Assembly (NCBI GenBank): GCA_031379145.1
Contig: JANNEV010000711.1
Coordinates: forward strand, 1 to 63,186
Reading direction: 5' to 3'
Origin: Gemmatimonadaceae bacterium
GTDB taxonomy: Bacteria > Gemmatimonadota > Gemmatimonadetes > Gemmatimonadales > Gemmatimonadaceae
DNA: 63,186 nt
Shown: one piece after another, positions 18,574 through 28,667 of the stretch
How the letters are laid out: each line of letters opens with the position of its first letter
Position numbering within the stretch: position 1 is the stretch's first letter
Notes under the pieces: model-generated
What the model was told of the DNA's origin: nothing
The model's input: the letters and a program-made list of their open reading frames with translations, nothing else
The model's database searches: none
Program-made: the position numbers and the translations under genes

Positions 18574-20676
18574 ATGAAGGCAGCGCTCGGTCTGTGCGCA
18601 CGTTTGCTGGTTCGCCACAGCGTTCCGGTCGTACTCACCCTGGCCTGCCTGCTCCCGCGCCTCGTGTCCGCGCAACAGTGGCTCAACGCTGAACCCAACC
18701 CTCGCACGAATCGGTCCTCGTTTCGTGCACTGGATGAGTGGCCGTCACCCAACGATTTTCGAGATGCGTCAGGCTCGCCCGGACCGCGCTACTGGCAGCA
18801 GAAGGTGGACTACGTCATTCGCGCCGCACTCGATACCGTGTCACACGGCCTCACCGGAACGGAGCGCGTGACGTATCGCAACAACTCTCCGAACACGCTC
18901 ACATACGTGTGGTTTCAGCTGGATCAGAACATCGAGGACAAGTCCAGTCGCGCCAACCTCAGCAAGGATGCGCTGCCGGCGACGCTGTCACCGCAGGCGC
19001 GTCAGTTTCTGCTACCCGACAAGGACGAATTCGGTGGGTACGACATCAAGCGCGTGGCGACGGTTTCGGCGAGGGGCATTGCGAAGCCTGCACGATATCT
19101 CGTGAACGGAACGCAGATGCGCGTGGAACTCGACGCACCGTTGCCGACCGGCGGGTCAGCGCAGATTGACATCGACTGGTCGTTTGTTGTGCCGGAAGCG
19201 GGCAACAACAGTCGCGGCGTGCGTGAACAGGTGAAGGATGGATGGATCTACGAAATCGCGCAGTGGTTCCCCCGTGCCGCCGTCTACGACGACGTAAACG
19301 GTTGGCAGAACGACCAGTTTCTGGGTCAGGGTGAGTTCTATCTCGAGTTTGGCAACTACGACGTGAGCCTGACCGTGCCGCGCGACCACATCGTCCGCTC
19401 CACAGGCTCGCTGCGCAATCCGCTTGATGTGCTGACCGGCACGCAACGTGCGCGTCTGGCGACGGCGATTGCCAGCGACACGCCGGTGTTCATCGTCAAG
19501 CCAGCGGAAGTCCAGACCCCTGCATCGCGGCCCACGGGCAGCGGCGCGCTGACCTGGCGCTTCACCGCGGAGAACGTGCGCGACTTCGCCTGGGCGTCAT
19601 CCAAGACCTTTGTGTGGGACGCCGCAGGCTTTCGGTATGCGCCGACCAGCCGAGCGATCGAGCTGCACTCCGTATACCCGCGGGAAGCGATGCCGCTGTG
19701 GAGTGCGGTGTCCACCAAGGCGATTGCGCAGACCATGCGTACGTACGGCCGGCTGGCGTTCGACTATCCCTACCCGCAAGCGTCGAACGTGAACGGGGCG
19801 GTGGGAGGTATGGAGTACCCCATGATCGCATTCTGCGGCGGTCGGCCCAGCGCCGACGGTACGTACAGCAAGCGGCAAGAGTACGCGCTGGCGGCGGTGA
19901 CCATTCACGAAGTCGGACACAATTGGTTTCCGATGATCGTAGCGACCGACGAGCGCAAATGGACCTGGATGGACGAGGGGTTGAACTCGTTTCTCGAGTA
20001 CTATGGCTCGGTGGACTACGACAAGGACTGGCCCAAAGCGACCATGCGTGGACCGGCACCGAACATCGTGAACTACATGAAGGACATGGATCAGGTTCCG
20101 CTCATGACGGAGTCAGATTACATCCATCGACAGTTCGGCAACAATGGCTACAGCAAGCCGGCGGCCGGGCTCGTGATGCTGCGTGAGAAGATTCTTGGCC
20201 CGGAGCGCTTTGATCTGGCGTTTCGTGAGTACGCGAAGAAGTGGATGTTCAAGCACCCGATGCCGGCCGACCTCTTTCGGACGCTCGCCAGCGGCGCTGG
20301 TGAACAGCTGGACTACTTCTGGCGTGGGTGGTTCTACACCACCTACAATAACGATCAGGCACTGACCAAAGTGGAATCGCAGGATGCCACCGTGCTCGCC
20401 GGCAACACCGATCGCGGTCGCTACTACCATCGGTTCACCGTGGAGAATCGCGGAGGGCTCGTGCTGCCGATCGAGATCGAGGTGGAGTACGCCGACGGCA
20501 GCAAGTCACGCATTCGACTACCGGCCGAAGCGTGGCGCCGAAACGAAAAACTGCATACGCACGGCTTCTTCTCGGACAAGGAGATCACGAGCGTGACGCT
20601 CGATCCTGATCAAGGCTATGCCGACGTGGATCGAACGAACAACGCGTGGAAGAAGCCGCTCAAGCCCATTTCGTAA
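18574..20676 (+). CDS. Secreted M1-family zinc aminopeptidase
   Basis: Signal peptide, GGMEYP, HEVGHNWF and WMDEGLNSF (HExxH-x18-E). Confidence 0.93.
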   Translation: MKAALGLCARLLVRHSVPVVLTLACLLPRLVSAQQWLNAEPNPRTNRSSFRALDEWPSPNDFRDASGSPGPRYWQQKVDYVIRAALDTVSHGLTGTERVTYRNNSPNTLTYVWFQLDQNIEDKSSRANLSKDALPATLSPQARQFLLPDKDEFGGYDIKRVATVSARGIAKPARYLVNGTQMRVELDAPLPTGGSAQIDIDWSFVVPEAGNNSRGVREQVKDGWIYEIAQWFPRAAVYDDVNGWQNDQFLGQGEFYLEFGNYDVSLTVPRDHIVRSTGSLRNPLDVLTGTQRARLATAIASDTPVFIVKPAEVQTPASRPTGSGALTWRFTAENVRDFAWASSKTFVWDAAGFRYAPTSRAIELHSVYPREAMPLWSAVSTKAIAQTMRTYGRLAFDYPYPQASNVNGAVGGMEYPMIAFCGGRPSADGTYSKRQEYALAAVTIHEVGHNWFPMIVATDERKWTWMDEGLNSFLEYYGSVDYDKDWPKATMRGPAPNIVNYMKDMDQVPLMTESDYIHRQFGNNGYSKPAAGLVMLREKILGPERFDLAFREYAKKWMFKHPMPADLFRTLASGAGEQLDYFWRGWFYTTYNNDQALTKVESQDATVLAGNTDRGRYYHRFTVENRGGLVLPIEIEVEYADGSKSRIRLPAEAWRRNEKLHTHGFFSDKEITSVTLDPDQGYADVDRTNNAWKKPLKPIS

Positions 20677-20681
20677 CCCCT

Positions 20682-21266
20682 ATGCTTCGGGTGGTCACTC
20701 CGCTGGCGACCGTGATGCTTGTGCTCATGCAAGGCCACGCGTTGGCGTCAACGCCGGACCGAGCAGCCGCGACGGCGAGCGCACGTGCGCCGCGGCGGCT
20801 CGTGGGTGAACGCGTGCACGATCTGCATGTTACGCAATCGCGCGTCGTGATCGAGAACGGAGTCATTCTCTGGCGCGTTCGCTGTTTTGCCGATGATCTG
20901 GAAAAGGGCCTGCGCGCATTCTCGCGCAATGTGGCATTCAGCCTGGCCGCTGACCGTTCCGCGGACTCCGTGATGGCTGCGTACTTCAACGCGAGTGTTC
21001 GCGTCGACGCCGATGGGCGGCGACTCCGCGCCACGATGCTGCAGAGTAGCCGAGAGATGGATCCTGCCGGCGGCGGTGTGCAGATCTATCTGCTCGAACT
21101 CCGAGCCGGGGTCCAACCAAAAACGGTGACCGTGCGAAACGCGCTGCTGTTCGATCAATTCCCGAGCGAACAGAACCTGGTGGTGGTGCTGGCATTGCCC
21201 GGCGAACGGCGACGATCGCTGTACTTCGCTGCCGCCAACGATGTGGCGCAGACGGTGACCTTCTAG
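20682..21266 (+). CDS. Secreted protein, DUF6702-like
   Basis: Signal peptide then HDLHVTQSRV...FADDLEKGL...NALLFDQFPSEQNLV. Family assignment is from recollection. Confidence 0.6.
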   Translation: MLRVVTPLATVMLVLMQGHALASTPDRAAATASARAPRRLVGERVHDLHVTQSRVVIENGVILWRVRCFADDLEKGLRAFSRNVAFSLAADRSADSVMAAYFNASVRVDADGRRLRATMLQSSREMDPAGGGVQIYLLELRAGVQPKTVTVRNALLFDQFPSEQNLVVVLALPGERRRSLYFAAANDVAQTVTF

Positions 21267-21293
21267 CACCGCCTGCGCCGGAAGCAGCGGACG

Positions 21294-22166
21294 CTACTTC
21301 ACCGTGAACTGTGTCAGCATGCCGTGCGCGACGTGTGGCTTGCCATCTTTCGCGTCGGGCAGAAAGCACAAGAGCGCATACTCACCGGCGGGCAGGTCGA
21401 TTGGCAGATATGCCACGCCCCCGTTCGGCATTCCGGAAATGCCGCCCATCGGCTTGCCTGGTGGCGGGCCCTTTTGATTCTCGATCCATGCCGCCAGCTC
21501 AGCGGCGGTCTTGCCCGGTGCAAGCTCGGCGAGGACCATCTCATGCGATTGTGTGGCGCTATTGGTCAGCTTGATGATGTGCTTGCCCGGCGTGATGGCC
21601 GGTGACACCGCCCAGGCGTAGTCGGTCATGTTCACCGTGATGTCGGCCACCGGCGCGGCGGCCAGCGGCGCATTGGCGGCGGCAGGTACGACCGTCAACG
21701 CACGCACCATGCCTTTCATGGCGTGCGGAATGTGATCTGCTCCAGGAATAAAGCAGATGATGGCATAGTTGCCGGCCGCCAGTTCCTCCGTCAGCGACAC
21801 TTCGCCCCCAGGAACGGGCGTGTTCGGCCCGGCCACGTCGTGCACCCACGGTGGGGGCGGGGAGCCCGGCGTCATGTGCTTGAGACCTTCGGTGAGGTCA
21901 GCCACGGTCTTGCCGTCGTCGAGCTTGAGCAGTTGCACATGATGCAGATCGGGCCCCTGATTGACGAGCTTCAGGGTCACCATGCCGGCGGTGACAGTAT
22001 CCGGCGCGTCGTACGCGAAGTCGCGCGCCACGATGGTGATGACTGGGGGCGTGACGGCGGCAGTGGCTTGGGACGCGGCGGAATCCGTGGCCGCCTTGCC
22101 CGCGTCGCCGCCAGCGCACGCGGCGACCAGGGCAACGGTGGCGGTTGCTGCGAGTACCAGGCGCAT
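21294..22166 (-). CDS. Lipoprotein with two cupredoxin-like domains
   Basis: Lipobox VAAC; two His...C-x-x-P-x(5-6)-H-x4-M sets (CFIPGADHIPHAMKGM, CFLPDAKDGKPHVAHGM). Confidence 0.8.
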   Translation of the reverse strand: MRLVLAATATVALVAACAGGDAGKAATDSAASQATAAVTPPVITIVARDFAYDAPDTVTAGMVTLKLVNQGPDLHHVQLLKLDDGKTVADLTEGLKHMTPGSPPPPWVHDVAGPNTPVPGGEVSLTEELAAGNYAIICFIPGADHIPHAMKGMVRALTVVPAAANAPLAAAPVADITVNMTDYAWAVSPAITPGKHIIKLTNSATQSHEMVLAELAPGKTAAELAAWIENQKGPPPGKPMGGISGMPNGGVAYLPIDLPAGEYALLCFLPDAKDGKPHVAHGMLTQFTVK

Positions 22167-22311
22167 AGAGGGCTCCAAGTAACGTGTGGGAAGTACACTG
22201 ATGGTCATGTCGAACGGTGACCCGCGTCGGCACGCCTGTGCAGTGCAGCAATTCTGAATGCTGCATCGGCGCATCGCAAGGACGAGACGTGGCCCCACGC
22301 ATGCAGTCGCG

Positions 22312-23103
22312 TCAGCCCATGGCCGCCACGATTTCCTTCACCAGCTTCGCGCACACTGGCGCCGTCAGCCCATTCACGTCGCGGCGAGGGTTGTACTCCA
22401 CCAGGTCGGCGCCCACGATCGGCTGATCGATGGCTTGCACAATGCCAAGCACCTCGCGCACGGATAGGCCTCCCGGCTCGCGGTGCGAGACACCCGGCGC
22501 GAACGCCGGGTCAAGCACGTCAATATCGAGGGACAGATACACGGGATGGCGCAGTTGATAGCGATCGCCCGCCATCCAGCGTCGCATGTCGATAACCTCG
22601 ACACCGTAGCGATCCGCTTGCGCGCGCTGATGACCCGTCATGGCGCGGATCCCGACTTGCACCAACTGGTCGGCAAGTCCCTCTTCCATGATGCGCGCGA
22701 ACGGACAGGCGTGGGAGAAACGCTCGCCGTCGAACGAATCATAGAGGTCGTTGTGTGCGTCCAGATGCAGGATGGTCAGTCGTGGATGCGACGGCCGAAC
22801 GGCTCGAAGCACGGGATACGTGATGGCATGGTCGCCGCCCAGCACCAGCGGACGCGCTCCCGTCCCCATGAGTTCCGCGACGGCACGCTCGATGTCGGCC
22901 CGCGGGTCGTCGCCGAATGCGATATCGCCAAGATCCCCGAACGATCGACCGGGCACGATCTCGCGTAGTGACTCGGCCCATGAATTCGACATGCCGGAAC
23001 GCATCTCCAACCGAATGGCCGACGGTGCCTCAGCGGACCCCCGGAGAAACGACGAGCCGGCGTCGTACGGCGCGCCGATCAGGGTTGGAAGACCACGTGG
23101 CAT
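22312..23103 (-). CDS. speB: Agmatinase / arginase-family ureohydrolase
   Basis: GAPYDAGSSFLRG, LGGDHAI, HLDAHNDL, SLDIDVLDPAFAPG, DLVEYNP. Confidence 0.88.
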   Translation of the reverse strand: MPRGLPTLIGAPYDAGSSFLRGSAEAPSAIRLEMRSGMSNSWAESLREIVPGRSFGDLGDIAFGDDPRADIERAVAELMGTGARPLVLGGDHAITYPVLRAVRPSHPRLTILHLDAHNDLYDSFDGERFSHACPFARIMEEGLADQLVQVGIRAMTGHQRAQADRYGVEVIDMRRWMAGDRYQLRHPVYLSLDIDVLDPAFAPGVSHREPGGLSVREVLGIVQAIDQPIVGADLVEYNPRRDVNGLTAPVCAKLVKEIVAAMG

Positions 23104-23232
23104 CAGCGGTGAGGTCGGTAGTGGACGCAGTCTTATTCGCCAGAACAGGCGAATCACTCGCCGAAGCGCGAGAATGGGCACAGCTTTCCCGGATCGCACA
23201 AACCAATCCCTCACTTCCGCCTGAGACAAGAC

Positions 23233-23631
23233 ATGCCCGCAGCGACACCACCGCGCCACGCCGTCCTGCTACTCGCGAGCCTCTCGGCGCTCATGGCCGC
23301 GTGTACCCCCAAATCGAATCCCGAACCGGCGTACATTGCCTCGCCAGACGAGAAGTTCTTCGATTGCATTCACACGAGCATTTCGGAGTGGCGTTGCCCC
23401 GATACGACCGGCCCGGGCGAGTTCAGCGCAGCGAGCATCGCGTCGGCGGCGGTCACCATCACCCTGACTGACGGCCGCGTCATTACCCGTACGCTGCCGG
23501 CAAATACTGACGCACTCTTCTTCACCCGTGGTGCGACGAGGACGTTCCTGGTGCGCTACTACAAGGCCACGGATCCCAAGAAGGCTGGTGAACTCGAACA
23601 GCGTTTGCTCGCGGATCCGCAACAGAAATAG
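23233..23631 (+). CDS. Hypothetical lipoprotein
   Basis: Hydrophobic leader with lipobox MAAC; two further Cys; natural composition. Confidence 0.65.
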   Translation: MPAATPPRHAVLLLASLSALMAACTPKSNPEPAYIASPDEKFFDCIHTSISEWRCPDTTGPGEFSAASIASAAVTITLTDGRVITRTLPANTDALFFTRGATRTFLVRYYKATDPKKAGELEQRLLADPQQK

Positions 23632-23687
23632 CCGGCGACCCTGCACGAGCTCACGTTGGGCGTACGGCTTCGCTGGTGGACGTTTGC

Positions 23688-26399
23688 TTACGGGACCGCA
23701 CGCGGAGCGGGGACTCCAGCCGCAGCGCGCGCCGTCAGTGCATCAAATCGCGCATCTCCATGGAGCGGCGTGAACCACTCCAGTGCGGCCACTTCGGCGC
23801 GCTCGTTCGGCGCGCGCTGCAACTGCGCGGCAATGCTGCGAAGCGCACCGTCGCGATCGCCGACGAGCAGTCGGACATAGCCTTCCGCCAGCTGAACGGC
23901 ACGTACGGTCGAGTCCTGTTGCTGTCGCTGGAGCACGTTGCGCAGGACGGCGCGTGCACTGTCGGTGAGCGAGGCGCGCGCCAGCGTCGCTGCAACCATG
24001 AGCCGTCGATAGTTCCACGTCGGCGCGAGCATGCCCAGCGTGTCGCGTCGCTCGATGTCTCGCAACACGCGCCAGGCGCTGTCGGCATCCGCTCGTGAGC
24101 GGCCTGACCAACCCAACAGCGTCAGTTCGCACTCGGTGAAACGCGGATCGCCGGCATAGTGGGCGAGTCCGAACTGGCACCATTTTCGGGCATCGACGAG
24201 GCGACCGGCCCGCAGCGACATGAAGAAGGCCGTCGACGCCGTTCGCCGCACTTCGAAGAACGCGTCGCCATTGAAGGCGCGCTGGGCCGCGTCGGCGGCG
24301 TCGGCAAACCGCCCTTCCCGCTTGGCCAAGTCGGCCAGGGTAGACCACGCGGACGCCATGTTCGGCCGCAGGTCGACGGCGGCGAGCAGATCGCGTGTCG
24401 CCTGCGCCGCGAGCGAATCCGCGTCTGCGGCACCAATGGACATCAGTTGGAACGCGGCGTTCCCGCGAAGCGAAAGCGCCTCCGGATTTCTTGGCGCCCG
24501 ACGCAGGACGTCATTGGCGATGGCCAGCGCGCGTTGCCCCCACGCCACGTGCTGCTGCGCCACGCTCCATGCGGCGTACTGCAATGGGTCTATCCCTGGC
24601 GGACTCACCGACGATCCGAAGGACAACCCCAGCGCGACAAGTCCGCGTCGGATGGTGGGCCGTAGCCACGATGGATCGAGGCCTTCCGCGCGCGTCAACA
24701 GCGAGTCAGCACGCAGGTACAACCGAGCGGCTTGGCCGGCCCCGCGTTGCTTCGTCGCTTCGTCGGCGCTTCTGACCACATCCTGCGCCTGTTGCATCAG
24801 TTCCCACGCAGGCACCGACGACGTCTCCCGGCGATTCTCGCGAACCGCGATTTCTTCGCCGAGCCGCTGGCGCAAGCCGAAGGCCACGCGATCGGCGAGC
24901 GAGTCCTGCAGCGCGAACACGCTGGTCCACAGCGTCGTAATCGTCGGCAGCGTGTACAGCAGCTGGTTGGACGACGCATCGGAGAGTCGGATACTCACGC
25001 GCAGTGCGTCTCCGCTCCGTGCCACACTGCCGCTGATGATGGTCCCGACATCGAGCAGGCGACCAAGGCTATCCGGAGCGATGGCGCGCCCCCGGTACGG
25101 CCGTACGCCGTTGGGCGAGATCACCCGCAGTCCCTGCACCGCGCCAAGCCGATCGATCAATTCCTCGGTCAGCCCATCGGACACCCACGCCGGGAGCTGA
25201 TCCGGTGATTGGTTGTCGAGATAGAGCACCGCCAACCGACGTGGGTCGCCGGCGAGCGTACCATCGGCAGCTCGCGACGCCGCGGTGCGAGGCGCGCGCG
25301 ACGAGAGCACGGCCCCGGCGATTGCGACTGACACGGCGACGGCGCCAACCCATCGCCACGGCCGAATGCCGCGCGCACTGCCGGGGATCTCGCTGAACGG
25401 CGCGGGCGTGGGCAACGAGCCAGCTGGCGATGACTCGATCGGCGTGAGCACGCGCGGTGCGCGGTCCATGTTGCCCTCGAGCGCCTCGGCCATTGCGTTC
25501 GCGCTCTGGAACCGATCCGACGGCGTAATCTGCAACGCGCGGTCCACCACGGCCTCGAGTGCCGGCGGCAATCCCGGCCGATACACGGACATCGGGCGAG
25601 GCTCATAGAGCATCCGCTGCGCGATCACCGCCTGCGCTGTTGGTCCGACAAACGGCTGCATGCCGGTCAGCATTTCGTACAGCACGCAGCCCAGCGAGTA
25701 CACATCGGTGCGTCCATCCACGTGCTTCTCGCCAACGGCCTGCTCGGGACTCATGTACGGTCCGGTGCCCCGCACGACGCCCGTGGTGGTGCTGGCGACG
25801 CCGTCCGCAAGCTCCATGACCCGCGCAATGCCGAAGTCGGCCAGAAACGGGACACCATCTGCAAAGAGGATGTTCTCTGGCTTGACGTCCCGGTGAACCA
25901 CCCCCTGCTCATGGGCGTGGCCCAACGCGCGCGCGATTGAGCGGGCGATGGCAATCGCCTCGGCGGTCTCCAACTGCCGCTCATGCTGCAGCCGATCGCG
26001 GAGCGTTCCGCCGGTCATGAGTGGCAAGACACAGAACAACAGCGGACGCTCGTCGCCGTAGTCGAGGACCGGCAGAATGTTCGGATGCCGCAGGGCCTGA
26101 TGACGCCGAACCTCGCTGGCGAACCGATCGGCGGCGGTCGTTTCGCTGAGTTCCAGCCGCAGCACCTTGATGGCCACGTCGCCGCCGCGCTGCAGATCGT
26201 GTGCGCGGTACACAATGGATGTGCCACCGCGACCGATCTCCGCCTCAACACGATAGCGGCCTGCCAGCGGACGATCGAACACCGGATGGGATGCACGATC
26301 GCTCGACGGCACGGAGACCGGTCGCAGGTCTGCGCGCGGCTCACCATCCAGCGGCTGCGAATCCTCCATCACATTCTCCAACTCGAGTCGTTCCCCCAC
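23688..26399 (-). CDS. Ser/Thr kinase with TM helix, TolB-N/FlgO-like domain and TPR-like region
   Basis: GRGG, VAIK, HRDVKPEN, DFG, YMSPEQ; TM WVGAVAVSVAIAGAVL; RLAVLYLDN...DGLTEELIDRL. Start 26399 or 26369. Confidence 0.9.
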   Translation of the reverse strand: MGERLELENVMEDSQPLDGEPRADLRPVSVPSSDRASHPVFDRPLAGRYRVEAEIGRGGTSIVYRAHDLQRGGDVAIKVLRLELSETTAADRFASEVRRHQALRHPNILPVLDYGDERPLLFCVLPLMTGGTLRDRLQHERQLETAEAIAIARSIARALGHAHEQGVVHRDVKPENILFADGVPFLADFGIARVMELADGVASTTTGVVRGTGPYMSPEQAVGEKHVDGRTDVYSLGCVLYEMLTGMQPFVGPTAQAVIAQRMLYEPRPMSVYRPGLPPALEAVVDRALQITPSDRFQSANAMAEALEGNMDRAPRVLTPIESSPAGSLPTPAPFSEIPGSARGIRPWRWVGAVAVSVAIAGAVLSSRAPRTAASRAADGTLAGDPRRLAVLYLDNQSPDQLPAWVSDGLTEELIDRLGAVQGLRVISPNGVRPYRGRAIAPDSLGRLLDVGTIISGSVARSGDALRVSIRLSDASSNQLLYTLPTITTLWTSVFALQDSLADRVAFGLRQRLGEEIAVRENRRETSSVPAWELMQQAQDVVRSADEATKQRGAGQAARLYLRADSLLTRAEGLDPSWLRPTIRRGLVALGLSFGSSVSPPGIDPLQYAAWSVAQQHVAWGQRALAIANDVLRRAPRNPEALSLRGNAAFQLMSIGAADADSLAAQATRDLLAAVDLRPNMASAWSTLADLAKREGRFADAADAAQRAFNGDAFFEVRRTASTAFFMSLRAGRLVDARKWCQFGLAHYAGDPRFTECELTLLGWSGRSRADADSAWRVLRDIERRDTLGMLAPTWNYRRLMVAATLARASLTDSARAVLRNVLQRQQQDSTVRAVQLAEGYVRLLVGDRDGALRSIAAQLQRAPNERAEVAALEWFTPLHGDARFDALTARAAAGVPAPRAVP

Positions 26400-26479
26400 C
26401 CTGACCGCAACTGCGCGAAGCTACGTCCGTCCTGCAACGAAGGCAACGGAAGTCACGTCAACACACGTTGCGGTGTGCA

Positions 26480-27262
26480 TCACTCTGGTGCGTGGTCGTA
26501 CAACACCGCCGGGTCAGCGACCGCGAGCTCAACGCAGAACTGGGCGATCCGCTCAACCGCCTGCGCGACGAACTGCTCGCCGCGCTCCGCTGTGGCCAAC
26601 CGAGGGTCGCCGACACCAGTGTCTGCGGTGACCTGGGTCCAGCGGCGCGGCATCCACGCCCAGCCCCGTCGCACCCCTTCAAGTACGCTGGCCTTCGCGG
26701 CGCCATCACCCCACGTGTCCGCCGAACTGACGAGCGATGGTGCCACGTGCAGCATGGCCGCGGTCTCGAGCTCACCGGCATGATCGCCGGGCGCATCAAA
26801 CACACTCTGATCGGCGACCTGCCACCAGTTGACGATGCTGAGCAACATCGGTGCCTCCGGATGCAGCTCGCGGACCAACGCGCGCAGTTCATTCCCTCCA
26901 TGTGCGTTCAGCAAGACCAACGCGCGTACTCCATGCGGTGCCAGACTTCGCATGATGTCCCGGAGCAACAGCAGCTGCGTGCTCGGCATGACGTTGAGCG
27001 TCATGGGCAGATCGAGTTGCGTGGTGTTCACGCCGAACGGCATGGCCGGAAGCGCGAGCACTCCTACGCCGAGTTCTTGTCCTCGTGCGGCCACGCGCGC
27101 GGCCACCTCCCGGCCCAAGATGGTATCCGTGCCGTAGGGGAGGTGCGTGTTGTGTGGTTCGGTCGCGCCCCACGGCATGATCGCGATGGGCCACGATGCG
27201 TCGCGGACCTCTGGCCAGCGCGCGGTTTCCAACACGCCGACACGCGGTACCCAGCCGCTCAC
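26480..27262 (-). CDS. Creatininase-family amidohydrolase
   Basis: GATEPHNTHLPYGTD, NAHGGN, DHAGELET, GVGDP. Confidence 0.92.
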   Translation of the reverse strand: MSGWVPRVGVLETARWPEVRDASWPIAIMPWGATEPHNTHLPYGTDTILGREVAARVAARGQELGVGVLALPAMPFGVNTTQLDLPMTLNVMPSTQLLLLRDIMRSLAPHGVRALVLLNAHGGNELRALVRELHPEAPMLLSIVNWWQVADQSVFDAPGDHAGELETAAMLHVAPSLVSSADTWGDGAAKASVLEGVRRGWAWMPRRWTQVTADTGVGDPRLATAERGEQFVAQAVERIAQFCVELAVADPAVLYDHAPE

Positions 27263-28128
27263 CGCATCTCCGAAAACGTGTCGCAGCGATTGGGATCGCC
27301 GCTATCGAAGCCGCGCTTGAACCACGCGCGTCGATCAGCAGACGACCCGTGCGTGAAGGAGTCGCGGTTGACCTGCCCGGTGGACATTTTCTGCAGGCGA
27401 TCATCGCCGACCGCCGACGCCGCCCCCAACCCTTCGTCGAGGTCACCCATCTCCAGCTGTCCATTCTTCGCCGCACTGTTCGCCCAAACCCCGGCGTAGC
27501 AATCGGCTTGCAACTCCATGGCCACCGACAGCCGGTTCTTCATGGCCGGGTTGCCACGCTGCGCGTCACGCAGCTTTCGCTCGGTCCCCAACAGATTCTG
27601 CACATGGTGCCCGATTTCGTGCGCGAGTACGTAGGCCTGCGCGAAGTCGCCCGGGGCACCAAACTGGCGATCGAGCTGATCGAAGAAGCTGAGATCGAGA
27701 TAGACCTTCTGGTCGCCTGGGCAGTAGAACGGCCCGGTCGCCGACTCAGCGGGTCCGCAGGCGGTCATGACCGGCGAACGAAACAGTACCAGCTTCGCGT
27801 CGGCGTATTGCGGCAGCAGACGCTGCCACTGCGTCTGCGTGCTATCGAGCACGTTCGACATGAATTGCACCATCCGTTCTTCGGACGGGTCACTCACGGC
27901 CGCGGCCGCGCCTGGAGTCTGCGCCGGTGCGGACACACCGACCTCGCCGCCGCCGAGCCCGACGGCGTCACTGACGAGGTCTCGCTTGAAGATGACGCTT
28001 AACACCACGAGCACAACGAGACCGCCGAAGCCGATTCGCCCACCGCCGCCGAAGCCCCGACCGCCGCCGCCGGCCGCACCGCGCTGATCTTCCAGATTGC
28101 TGCTACGACCGCCGGGAGTCCATCGCAT
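27259..28128 (-). CDS. ypfJ: Neutral zinc metallopeptidase (YpfJ/KPN_02809 family)
   Basis: SSNLEDQRG, GPFYCPGDQKVYLDL, LAHEIGHHVQ, ELQADCYAG, FTHGSSADR. Confidence 0.9.
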   Translation of the reverse strand: MRWTPGGRSSNLEDQRGAAGGGGRGFGGGGRIGFGGLVVLVVLSVIFKRDLVSDAVGLGGGEVGVSAPAQTPGAAAAVSDPSEERMVQFMSNVLDSTQTQWQRLLPQYADAKLVLFRSPVMTACGPAESATGPFYCPGDQKVYLDLSFFDQLDRQFGAPGDFAQAYVLAHEIGHHVQNLLGTERKLRDAQRGNPAMKNRLSVAMELQADCYAGVWANSAAKNGQLEMGDLDEGLGAASAVGDDRLQKMSTGQVNRDSFTHGSSADRRAWFKRGFDSGDPNRCDTFSEMR

Positions 28129-28160
28129 AGAATCGTCCGTGTCGGGTGAAGGGCGTTAAA

Positions 28161-28667
28161 TCATGCGGCCACCGAATCTTCGCGCGCGAACGCGAGACTG
28201 ACGGCGCGACGAGCGCCCCGTTTGAGCGCGCGATGCACCGCGCGAGCATAACGCACAAAGTTGGCACCGGCCCAGGTGTATCGGGCAAAAAACTCAAACG
28301 GCGGCAGATCGCCCTTGAGGCGGTTACAGGGCCCGCAGGCAACCACCAGATTGCCCGGATCATGCGCGCCTCCCCGCGAACGCGGGTACACGTGATCGAG
28401 CGTCGCCGTTCCGTGGTCCAAATGCTTGGCACAGTATACACAGCGCTGACCACAGTCGCGCAGGGCCGCCCGTCGCATGGCGCGTTTCATGGCGGTGCGC
28501 ACCAAGCCACCCGATTGCATCGAAACAAGACGACGGGGTTCGGTTCGCTGGGCTGGGCGACTGCGGCCCCGTCTTTGCGCCGCGCTGCTCTCCGAGGCGG
28601 ACGCGACGCGGACGGCGTGAGTCTGCGAAAGTCGCAGGTTCGCTTTCTTGGGCACACTCACCCCCAC
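28161..28667 (-). CDS. HNH endonuclease (small McrA/HNH_5 type); start uncertain, core from 28490
   Basis: CVYC...TLDHVYPRSRGG...NLVVACGPCNRLKG. Confidence 0.85.
   Translation of the reverse strand: MGVSVPKKANLRLSQTHAVRVASASESSAAQRRGRSRPAQRTEPRRLVSMQSGGLVRTAMKRAMRRAALRDCGQRCVYCAKHLDHGTATLDHVYPRSRGGAHDPGNLVVACGPCNRLKGDLPPFEFFARYTWAGANFVRYARAVHRALKRGARRAVSLAFAREDSVAA

Noticed and set aside
22312-27262. speB and the creatininase gene as part of the cyanophycin arginine-recycling pathway
   Set aside because: They lie 7-12 kb from the cph genes with unrelated genes between, so no linkage can be shown from sequence.
28161-28667. HNH genes as IscB/Cas9-like or homing endonucleases in introns
   Set aside because: Too short, no RuvC or PLMP motifs, no interrupted host gene and no transposon ends seen.
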